Below are positions 49,201-60,587 of a DNA stretch of 64,000 bases, in pieces. Below the pieces are notes generated by a model that worked only from the letters and a program-made list of their open reading frames with translations, did no database searches and was not told where the DNA came from. A program made the translations under genes and the position numbers. Location of the stretch: NCBI GenBank assembly GCA_022605425.2, contig CM061252.1, positions 434,001 to 498,000 of the forward strand, in the 5' to 3' direction. How positions within the stretch are numbered: position 1 is the stretch's first letter; every line of letters begins with the position of its first letter. The stretch comes from Hamiltosporidium tvaerminnensis FI-OER-3-3 (Eukaryota; Fungi; Microsporidia).

Positions 49201-50310
49201 ATAAATAATGTTTTAATAAAAAATATTGCAAATGAATCTCAATTATCTTTAACTTTTAGGTTAAAATTTAATATTTTAGTCAATTATTTTAATTAATACT
49301 TTAGTCTACTATTAGACCAACCCAGTTTACTGAATTATTTTATTTAATTTATTTGATATCTCCAAGGTTATAATTAATTATTTTATTTTACAATACATTT
49401 TCTAGAATAAATAAGATATTTCAAAAAGATAAATTTACTAAAATTTTTATATTTAATATTTTCAGAAATTTCATTTGCATGATTTTTTTATGAACAGAAA
49501 TAAAGGTAGCATCTTAGAATTCTAAAATAATTACAATGATAAAATCATTATATTTTTACATTATTTAAGAAAAATGTTATAAGTCAAAAATCTAGGAAAA
49601 TTTAAATGATATACTTATTTCCTATACAAACATTTACAATGAAATATTAATTTATGATAAAATATCACCTAATTTAAAAAGAAATCATTGTTTGTAAATA
49701 CATAGAATATGAAATATTAAAATAAAGAGCTTAATTGAATTGAATTAAAACATATTATTAGATTTAATAATTTAAATTAAAATAATTTATTTTAATCAAA
49801 TGATCATTAATTCAAACAGAAGAAATTTTTTACAGATTAAAGAATATTTTGAATTATATTATTTAAAATACAATTTGTAAATAAAATAATTAATGTATAA
49901 AGCTAAGATTATATCAGGCACAATATAATTAATTATTAATAATAGTATATCTATATACAAATATTTAGATCTATTTTTTTTTTAAAAATACAATTTGGCT
50001 ACTATAAGCTTATGATTATTCTATTATTATAATAAGATTATATTTAGATCATAGAATATAACATTAGGATTATATTAAGATTATTTTAAGATTAAGAATA
50101 GTAAAGTCAGTTGAATTTACAATTATTAATTTGTCGATTATATTTGTTACAGAGTGTAAATTAAAAGTAATTAGATTATAAATTTGCATTTTTATCCTGA
50201 AAGAATTATTCTTGAAATTAAATATTTAATATCCTGTTTAAAAAGTATTTTTACAAGAAATAACAGAGTATTAAAATTATATTGAAATATCTTTGCAATA
50301 CCATAAGAGA

Positions 50311-51042
50311 TTTAATTTAAAGAGCATCAAATACTTTTAAAACAGTGAAAAGTGTTATATTTGTTTTCATGACATTAACACAGTTCTATGTTTAACATAA
50401 ATAACTGCTACCCCAACACACCATCGGTAACCCCTGCGATACCTACGTCCCAAAGCCTTTTATCTACCAGGTGTGTAGAACCTAATTAATAGGCGAGGCA
50501 GTTGCTCGGAGTTCGTTAATGTCCGTTGCATGGAGTGTGATCGAAGGCCGAAGCCCCCCCCTGGGCTCCCTCAAGACTATGCAGCATTGCAAATACTCTA
50601 CACTTTCTGAACCCAATAAACTTCTAGCTAAGATATATTTCAGAGACTTACATGGGGTCCACCTAGACAGTGCAATGTCATACCAACAGGTATAACCTGC
50701 TACTTAGCTTTCCTGGCTTTAAATGGTTTTTTGTTTTGTATCTCCCAGGCGCTAAGTCTTCTAACCCGAGTGAGCAAGGCTAGGTTTCCATGCTTTTACA
50801 TGGCAATTACCTACATGTTCAGCTGCGGTCTCCAATCTGGTTACATAAAAAACTACAAATAAATTTGTAGAAAAAGTTTCTCCATTTCTTAGACCTCTCC
50901 TCTTCATAACAACTCCCATTGAACAACCGAAGATTTAGTGTAGTTTTATACCTATGAGAAATCGAAAATATGATTTTTCACAACAATTTAACATCCTCAA
51001 TGTTAAGCAGATAGTTTTTTTGTGGTTATCTTCCCTCTATAT
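50311..51042 (-). mobile_element. ~740-bp non-coding retroposon, copy D
   Basis: Full-length match. Degenerate flanking direct repeat CAATACCATAAGAGA (50296-50310) versus CAATACGTTAAAAGA (51043-51057), 12 of 15 identical. Confidence 0.87.
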
Positions 51043-54000
51043 CAATACGTTAAAAGAATATATATAATATAAACAATCGAAATGTAAAACCATTATTTTG
51101 CAAATTAAACTCGAATACAATATTATATCTTGTGTCTAACTTCATTCTTTGGTTTATACTAGAATTCATTGGTTTCGATTTTGAAATTTAAGTGTGGTAA
51201 ATAATATTTTTTTAAGAAATGAAATATATTTTACAAATACACTCGTTTATATATTTAATACGAAAATTCAGAGTATAATTTATATTTTACTGTTTTTAAA
51301 TATTATTTTATTATTTGCTAAGGTTAATTTTTCTGAATCAAATTCATTCCTGCCTTCTTATACTCATTAAAAATATATGCTTTTAGAAAGTATTTAAGTT
51401 ACAAGAACAATATCGATAAAAGAAGTCAAACGAGTAAACAATATCCCTGAAAATGAAACATAAAACAAAAGAATAAAAATTTTAAGCTATAAAACGATAT
51501 AAAAGAGTGAAATTTACAATAAAAGTTATATAAAGCTAGAAATATAAGCTATTTTCAAGAGTTGATTCTTTAAATAATTTTTAAATGGATTTATTTTGGA
51601 ACACTCAAGATATTAGTCTTTTTACTACAAAGTTAAATTTTTAAAAATAATCTAAGTTTAAAATAAGATGTATTCATACTTATTTGCAAAAAAACTGCTT
51701 TTAAAATATAGTAAGTGACATAAGTAAGTAATCCATCTTAATAATTTTTTTCTTATCTGATATATAAAAATTATCGTCTTAACTTTATACAGAGTACTAT
51801 ACTTTATATATTGAGGATAAAAGTTGAGAGTTTACCTTAAAATAAAAATAAATTAGAAAATATGAATATCAGATCTTTTATGTGTATTTTAAACAGTGAT
51901 ATTAAGAATAAAACTTATCAAAGTCGGAAATTCTTCATAATAATTGATGTAAAAAATATATTAAATCTATAGTCGCAAATAAAATCATGAATGTAAGATA
52001 ATTATTTAGAATTCACCCAATCTTATTCATATATTAGCTCAAAAGACATTTATATACATAAATACCCATTATATTTCGGTATAAGAAATGTATATCTAAG
52101 AAAGTCTTAAGTTGCCAAAAGATTGGAACCATATATTTAGCTAATTGTAGACAAAAAACTTTGATAAATTATATTTATAAAAAAATGGAATTAGAGCAAA
52201 TAAAAAACACTGTCGAGATTTTATAAAACGAATCTAAAAAGTTGATATGGAAATCAGAGATATAAAGCGTTTCTTATATTACTATTTGAATATAAGTAGC
52301 TTAAAAAATAAGGAAATTTTTGTGAATTTATTTTTTATACAAATTTTAATTACTCAACCGTTGTTTGTGAGAGTTAGCATATTTAGAACATAAAAAGTAT
52401 CTTAAAACCATTCCTAAACAGAGTCCATGTATAAAATTAAGAAAATCATCAAAAATTTATTTTTATCAGAACGGTAAGATTTGTATCATATTATAAAATC
52501 GGAATACCAAACTACCAATTAAAGCAAAAAAATATAAACTTAACGAAAGAATTATTGTGAGAAGAACTTGTGAAAGATATATTTCCCTGAAAATCAATTA
52601 AGTTGCATATATTTTAAAAGTACATTATAAAGGTCACTCATATAAAAATTGCAAGCATATTTTAACAATTTTAAAAAAGCAGCAAATCTATTTTCTCTCA
52701 AAAAACGGGCCCTGTGATTCTAAAACACAAATAAGTTTACATCACATAAGAAACGTTACCTTTTGAACTTCAATTCTCGATTTCTTTTGGAAATTCACCG
52801 TTCGCGAACCGAAAAATCTCATCATTTGTTTTAGACAAAATATAAAATTGCTAAAAACCGAATTAATGGTTCAAAATAACAATTTCACGTTATAATCTTT
52901 GATTGTAATCGAATATTTGATGTAAACAGAAATTATTTCTGCAAGTGAATTTCCTGTCTCCTGGAACAAGATTCACATCTGGAATTATATTTAAAAGATT
53001 TGCTTACTATAGAGATATAATAAAAGGTATATCATAATAAGAGGTGAGACCTCTTTAAGTAATTTTGAAACCTTAGACTGCTTCGGTATAGTCTTTAATT
53101 ACCAAAAAAACATTCTAATCAGTCTCTATAAGAATCTTTCCTTGTAAATTTTTTCTAAAACAACGCGATGTGTCTTAATTCCTACATAATAACATGCAAT
53201 TTTTTAAGAAAAATATATAAGCATTCAATATTTACTTTTCTAATCACCAGAATTAAATTCCGCTGAGCCTACTGGTTACATAAATACAGACGTAAAAAGT
53301 ACTGTATTACTAAAAATATAAAATAACAAGTCAATTTATTAAACAAAATGTATATTATGTAAACTTTAATAAAAAAGCTATTTAATAAATTTTTGATCAA
53401 TTTGAATAAATAATCAGATACCGTGATTAACATGCAATACATTATTTGATTTCTAATCTATTTTCAAAAATACTAACAGTTAGTATTTAAAAACTTTTCA
53501 AATCAGAATATAAAGACTTAATAAAATATTATTTTTATATATAAGTACACACGAACAGTATGTATTAAAATAGAATACAATTGTTTAATTCTTAAATTTA
53601 TATCAAAAGCATTATTTTAATCCAAGTGTATTGTTACAAGCAATTCAAATAATCTAGCAAATGAAAATACCAATTAATTAAGAAAATACCAAGTAGAATA
53701 TGAAAAACGAAAACTTCTTTACAAATATTAATATTTCTCAGTATTATGAATAATATTCTAAATAGAATGAGAAATATATTAAAATCTATGTATTATAAAC
53801 TTAAAAAAAACTAATTCAATAGTTGTTATCGAATCAATACTTTATATCAATTAACATCGACTCTGTATACTATTCTTTAGAAAAATAACTATCAATTAAA
53901 AAATAAAGATCTGAAAACAATTTTGAATAACTTACATCCAATGAAGTAAGAACAAAAAGAAGCTTGAACCCGTTATGGTATAAGGTGCATATGAAATAAC

Positions 54001-54482
54001 ACGATAATTATAGCTAATTAACCAATCAGAATCGAGACAATAAAATCTCCCCAAATTGCTGTTAATTTATCTAAGTGACTTATTCAACCACAGAAGTATT
54101 AACATCGACCAGAAAATAAAATAAATCATCCAAAATTACCTTAAAAACATCAAATTACCAAATATTATTTTTCATTATTCATATTGCCCAATCATTTAAA
54201 TTGCCCGTAACAAATACACCAATAAAATAAATAACTTCCTATTTACAAGAATATCTAAACATATAGTCTCAATACTAAATACAAATCATAAACAGAAATA
54301 AAGAAAAGAATATCACTTTCCTTATATAAAAGTATTCCTATTATGATTATATTAACTAACTTATAATTAATTTAAAACTTAAAATATTTTTATTTACTTA
54401 AATATTAAATTAATTTTTGAAATATTCAATTGATATATAATAGATCACAAGATAATATTACTATAAATACTATACTTAATAC

Positions 54483-54856
54483 ATATTAAGAATATATTGA
54501 TATTTTACAAACAATTAATAAGATAAAAGATATAGCTAATTGATATTAAGAATATATTGATATTTTACAAACAATTAATAAGATAAAAGATATAGCTAAT
54601 TGATATTAAGAATATATTGATATTTTACAAACAATTAATAAGATAAAAGATATAGTTAATTGATATTAAGAATATATTGATATTTTACAAACAATTAATA
54701 AGATAAAAGATATAGTTAATTGATATTAAGAATATATTGATATTTTAACAACCAATTAATAAGATAAAAGATATAGTTAATTGATATTAAGAATATATTG
54801 ATATTTTACAAACAATTAATAAGATAAAAGATATAGCTAATTGATATTAAGAATAT
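54483..54856. repeat. 60-bp minisatellite, about 6 copies
   Basis: Unit ATATTAAGAATATATTGATATTTTACAAACAATTAATAAGATAAAAGATATAG(C/T)TAATTG, repeated almost perfectly without spacers. Confidence 0.95.
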
Positions 54857-55020
54857 TTAAATATTAAATTAAAAAATTTATTTAAAATTTCATTGTTAGT
54901 TTTTATTTAATAAAAATAATTAAATAACCGTAAAAAATCTTTATTCTTTTTAATTGTTAGATAAGAGATTTGGTGTTAATAAGCGCGTTTTTCTTTTTAA
55001 ATTTAATATAATTTTTTTTA

Positions 55021-55027
55021 CCCCTCA
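55021..55027 (+). promoter_or_regulatory. Microsporidian CCC-like motif upstream of the start codon
   Basis: CCCCTCA-ATG after an AT-rich stretch. Equivalent CCC(C) motifs precede the ATGs at 18641, 23204, 39876 and 62879. Confidence 0.7.
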
Positions 55028-58000
55028 ATGCAATATAATAGAAATAACAGTCGAGATAATGAATCAACGTCTCAAAAAAGAAAAATTAACTTTGATGGTG
55101 ATGAATTTGAATTGGGAGATAAACAGAGAGAAGAAAGTAAATTAGAACAGTTTTTTAATATTGATCCTAAAGCTGTATTTAGTAATGAAGCTATGGCAAC
55201 AGAATTTGAGAATATACGAAGATATGCATTGTCTAATGATAGTGGTGGGTTAAATAATTTTAGTTTTTCAGAATTTTGTGTTGATGTTGGTTCTGTGCAG
55301 AAGAGAGCTGAGGGGGGTTGTGAAAATGGAAGTTTTAAAAGTAACGAAGATAAGAGATTTGCAGTTGCGGATGATTTTATTTTAAATGGAAATGAAAATA
55401 TAAAAAAGAAAGAATGTGACATTTATAGTCAGAGACTTGGTATGATACGACCGGAGTATTTTGGACGTCCAAATACACCAAATTTCTCAAATTTAAGTAG
55501 AAGAGAACAAGATATAGTATTGAATGCTAGAAATATACACAGCGTAAAAGAAAATAATTTTATTTCTAATGGATATAATGCACCTCTTCCTCTTTTTCAA
55601 CGACACCCACCTATTTATGCGCATGAAATGCCATATAATAGAAATATGGAAATGCATAAATATAATCAACAAAATGGTTCTTCAATGCATTACATGCATA
55701 AACAAAAAACAAATATAAATCCAACAGTTTTTATGCACAGAGAAAAGTTTATAGAAACACCACACCGTGGAAATTCAGTTCCTAACGAATTCTACAATCG
55801 GTATAGAAAAGACATTCCTATGAATACACACTCTTCTAATTTTTCCAGATTTCCTCCTTTAATCCAAAATCCCTACCAATTAAACCCTCCAAATATTTTT
55901 CCCCCTAAAAATTTAAACCATAAAAATTTTCCTCCTCCTCCTCCCTACCCTAACACCCCCTACCCACAACCCATTAGAATTAACAGCCCAAGACCCCCAC
56001 CCTTTATTCCCATACAACATAATAACACCCCTATAACACACATCAACCCCAAACTTATAACACCCTCCACCACAAGAGAAATAACACCCACCCCTCACAT
56101 ATATACTAAGACACTTAAATCACCCTTTAATAATAGAACCATAGATTTACCCCCTAAAGACCCATCAAAACATAGACTAGTTAACACCCCTTTAACACCT
56201 ACCCCTCCCACCACAAACTCCCCACAACCACCTCCACCCCCAAATTTTCTCTCCACATTTCCCCCTTCCTTTATAAAAACCCTTAAAATCAGAAAAATAT
56301 TTCTCTCTAAAATTAACATACCTCGTTCCTTAGAAAAAATAAATCCAAAAGATTTTTTATTTTACTTACACCTTATAAATTCCCTTCTTTCAATCCACAT
56401 GCATATATCACCACAAGAACAACAAATTTTATGTCGTTTATTTTTCATATCAATAACACACAACGGTTTTGCTTTTACAGAAAAGAATTTATATTCTTTA
56501 TTTATAGAAATAACAGGTAAACAATTCACATATTTTAAAGAACTTTATTTATTTTTTATTTATCCTTTAGAACAGATATTTTATAAATTACCTGTTATTT
56601 ATATAGCAGAACCTCTTATTATAGATAAGAAGGGTGTTATTATACAAAGAATGAAATATTTATTTTCTTATTTTAAATTAACACCTCTTAATATATCTAT
56701 GGGTATTAAGTATGGTAATTCTATTGATCTTGTATGGATTCTTAATGTTATTAAGAATACAGAACTTCCTAAAAATATGTTTGAAGATGTTCTTAGTGTT
56801 TATTATGAAATAAGTAGTTATATAGGTAGTTATAGTAAAGGGGGTAATTATAAGGATAATTATAAGGGTAATTATAAGGGTAATTATAAGGGTAATTGTA
56901 AGGATAATTGTAAGGGTGTTAGTGATTATGGATTAGGGATTGATAAAGAGAAAGAGGGTGTTAATAATACTAGTGATAAACAACACCCTTTAGATATAAG
57001 TACTATTAACTTACACCCTGTTAATAAAAAGGATAAGGAACAAGACCCTGTTAATAAAGAGGATAAGGAACAAGACCCTGTTAATAAAGAGGATAAGGAA
57101 CAAGACCCTGTTAATAATATTACTAATACCTTACACCCTGTTAGCAACAGTACAAGTAATAAACGTTATAAGTGTGTAAAAGGTAATAAAGGTGTTAACA
57201 ACAATGATACTAACAACAATGATACTAACAACAATTATACTAACAACAGTGATATAACACCCTATGACAAAGGTGTTAATAATAATACACTCTCTTATCA
57301 TAGATTACACCCTTTATCTCTTATAAATCTAATACTATTAAGAGAACAATGTTTAGATATAATTATAGATTCTTTAGATATTTATTTTAATGACTCTTTA
57401 AAATATTTAAAATATTTTATTCTTTCTCCTTCTTCTTTACATAGATTTATTGATAGTATTTTTATATTCAATAAGATATGTAATAATAAAATTAAAGAGG
57501 AAAATAAGATATATAGGGGTGTTATTAATAAGGAAAGTGGTGAGGGTGTTAGTGATAAGAAGAATAGGGTAGAGGGTGTTAGTGATAGGAGTATGTTAGA
57601 GGGTGTTAATAACGAGTATGATATAAAGGGTGTTAATACAAGTACTAGTAACTATAAGGGTGTTAATGATATTAATAGTAAACAACAGGGTGTTAATAAT
57701 GTATCAGATATCCAACAGGGTGTTAATACAAGTACTAGTAACTATAAGGGTGTTAATAATGCATCAGATAGCCAACAGGGTGTTAATACAAGTACTAATA
57801 AACAATAGGGTGTTAATAATGCATCAGATAACCAACAGGGTGTTAATACAAGTACTAATAAACAACAGGGTGTTAATAATGTATCAGATATCCAACAGGG
57901 TGTTAATACAAGTACTAATAAACAACAGGGTGTTAACAACACTCCTAATACCTTACACCCCTCTAACAACACTAACACATCAATACCCCTCTTATCTATT

Positions 58001-59035
58001 AATTACTCTTCATATGTCTATGATGATCTAAGAAGGGTGTTAAGTATAATAGAAAGAATACCTTACTCAATAACAATAGAAGGTGTATTATTTAAAAAAA
58101 TATTAAAAACAATAAAAAATAACAACAACAACAGTAAAGGTAATGATACTTATATATGTTTTACATATGAAGATTTAAATATTTTATCTGTTATATTTCG
58201 TATGTCAATTTCTAAGAATAAAAAAAGAAAATTACTTAAATATTGGAGAATTAGTATTTTAAAGTGTCTTAATAGATTTAAATCCTTTTTATCTTCTTGT
58301 TGTGATGTGTTAGAAGATGGAGGTGTATTTGAAATTGTTGTTAGGTTTGTTTGTGATTTAAAGGGGTTTAAATGTCTGTTAGAGGATATTCTTTATTTAG
58401 TATTGAGTTATAAGGTAGGAGATATTACTAATATAAGGGGTAGCATAGGGGATATAAGGAATAGCAATGTAGAGGATTATAGGGGTGTTAATAACAGTAT
58501 ACAGGATTATAGGGGTGTTAATAACAATGTAGACGGTTATAGGGGTGTTAATAACAATGTAGACGGTTATAGGGGTGTTAATAAGAGTATAGATGATTAT
58601 AGGGGTGTTAGTAACAATGTAGACGGTTATAGGGGTGTTAATAACAGTATACAGGATTATAGGGGTGTTAATAACAATGTAGACGGTTATAGGGGTGTTA
58701 CTACAAGCACTAGTAACTATAAGGGTGTTAACTATAATAACCCTATTAACAACAACCTTAATAATAACACTACTAACAATACTAACAGTACTAATAACAA
58801 CCCTAATGTTAATAACAATGATATTCCTTATTCTACTATTAATACCCCTGTTACTACCTACTATAATAACACCTTTAATATTCATAATAGAAAACCAAGT
58901 GACTTATTTAATATTTTTAAAATTTTAATGAAGAATGTATTTAATAAGAAGGGTGTTAATGAAGAGAGGTGTAGTATATTGTTAAAAGGTCTTAGTATAA
59001 CAGGTTATAGTGATATAATTAATAAGTTTATATAA
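55028..59035 (+). CDS. Large Pro-rich protein, possibly an ARID1/SWI1-like SWI/SNF subunit, with repeat insertions and one in-frame TAG at 57806-57808
   Basis: ORFs 55028-57808 and 58037-59035 share a frame and the segment between them has no other stop. FKELYLFFIYPLEQ resembles the last ARID helix. ISMGIKYGNSIDLVWILNVI resembles MMSLKSGLLAESTWALDTI of ARID1. The CDS call is firm; the product call is tentative. Confidence 0.55.
57540..57940 (+). repeat. In-frame 30-bp tandem repeat (GGGTGTTA core; GVNxxxxxQQ)
   Basis: AGGGTGTTA recurs every 30 bp, about 14 times. Confidence 0.92.
58466..58735 (+). repeat. In-frame 30-bp tandem repeat (YRGVNNNVDG)
   Basis: TATAGGGGTGTTA recurs every 30 bp, about 9 times. 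Confidence 0.92.
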
Positions 59036-59665
59036 CAAGTAATATAAAGGGGTGTTAGTGATAGAGGTAATGGATTAGAGTATGTAAGGGGTGTTAAGTA
59101 ATATAAGTAGTATAACAAGTAATATAAAGGGGTGTTACTGATAGAGGTAATGGATTAGAGTATGTAAGGGGTGTTAAGTAATTAGTGTAGTATAACAAGT
59201 AATATAAAGGGGTGTTACTGATAGAGGTAATGGATTAGAGTATGTAAGGGGTGTTAGTAATTAGTGTAGTATAACAAGTAATATAAAGGGGTGTTACTGA
59301 TAGAGGTAATGGATTAGAGTATGTAAGGGGTGTTAAGTAATATAAGTAGTATAACAAGTAATATAAAGGGGTTTTAGTGATAGAGGTTGTGGATTAGAGT
59401 ATGTAAGGGGTGTTAGTAATATAAGTAGTATAAAAGGTAGTATAAGGTGTTAGTAATTAGTGTAGTATAAAAGGTATTATAAGGTGTTAGTGATATGTGT
59501 AGCATAATAAGTAGTATAAAGGGTGTTAATTAATAAGTGTAGCATAATAAGTAATATAAAGGGGTTTTAATTAATAACTAGTATAAGAGGCTGTTAATTA
59601 TATAAGTAGTATAAAAGGCTGTTAATTATATAAGTAGTATAAAAGGTAGTATAAGGTGTGAGTAA
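59032..59665 (+). repeat. Intergenic tandem array, ~79-bp unit with two GGGGTGTTA cores
   Basis: About five units of TATAACAAGTAATATAAAGGGGTGTTA..GATAGAGGTAATGGATTAGAGTATGTAAGGGGTGTTA, followed by degenerate units. Confidence 0.9.
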
Positions 59666-59677
59666 TTATAAGAATAT

Positions 59678-60085
59678 ACTAACACCCATAATATCATAAC
59701 CATCTATTAACACCCTTACTACCACTATTTATTAACACCCTTACTACCATACCTTCATACTAACACCCTTACTACCATACCCTCATATTAACACCCTTAC
59801 TACCATACCCTCATACTAACACACTATTATCATAACTATCTATTAACACCCTTACTACCATACCTTCATATTAACACCCTTACTACCATACCCTCATATT
59901 AACACCCTTACTACCATACCTTCATATTAACACCCTTACTACCATACCTTCATATTAACACCCTTACTACCATACCCTCATATTAACACCCTTACTACCA
60001 TACCTTCATACTAACACCCTATTATACACCTATCTATTAACACCCTTACTACCACTATCTATTAACACCCTCTACCCTACTACTC
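59678..60085 (-). repeat. Intergenic ~29-bp tandem array with the core on the opposite strand (TAACACCC)
   Basis: TTAACACCCTTACTACCATACC(C/T)TCATA and variants repeated more than ten times. Confidence 0.92.
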
Positions 60086-60587
60086 CTTTTAAATGTAAAT
60101 TCTATAGAAAAGTATTTTGAAATAAAATTAATATAAATTTTTGTTTTAAAGAGATATATGTATATGTTAGTATATATGTAGTGTTATAGTATGTGTATAT
60201 GTTATGTTATGTGTTATAGTATTTTGTATATGTTAGTATATTAGTTATGTGTTAGTTATATGTATGTTATGTGTTATAGTATGTTATAGTTTATTAGTCA
60301 TATGTTATATTTTAATACTTATTTATAGATAACTTAAAACCCCTTTATAATACTTAATTAGATACCTTAAAAGAACATAAAAAAGAGTAATTTAATAACC
60401 TATCCTCTAGTAATTCCTACTTTAGTACTTATTACTTCAGTACTTTAAGACTTTTAGTAATTCCTACTTTATTACTTAGTACTTCCTACTTTAGTACTTA
60501 GTAATTCCTACTTAGTACTATCTCCTATCACTAACACCCTCCATCCCTCCCTCCCCTCCATCCATCCCTCCCCTCCATCCTCATACA

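Noticed and set aside
54483-54856. CRISPR-like regular repeat
   Set aside because: The units are contiguous with no unique spacers, the context is eukaryotic and there are no cas genes.
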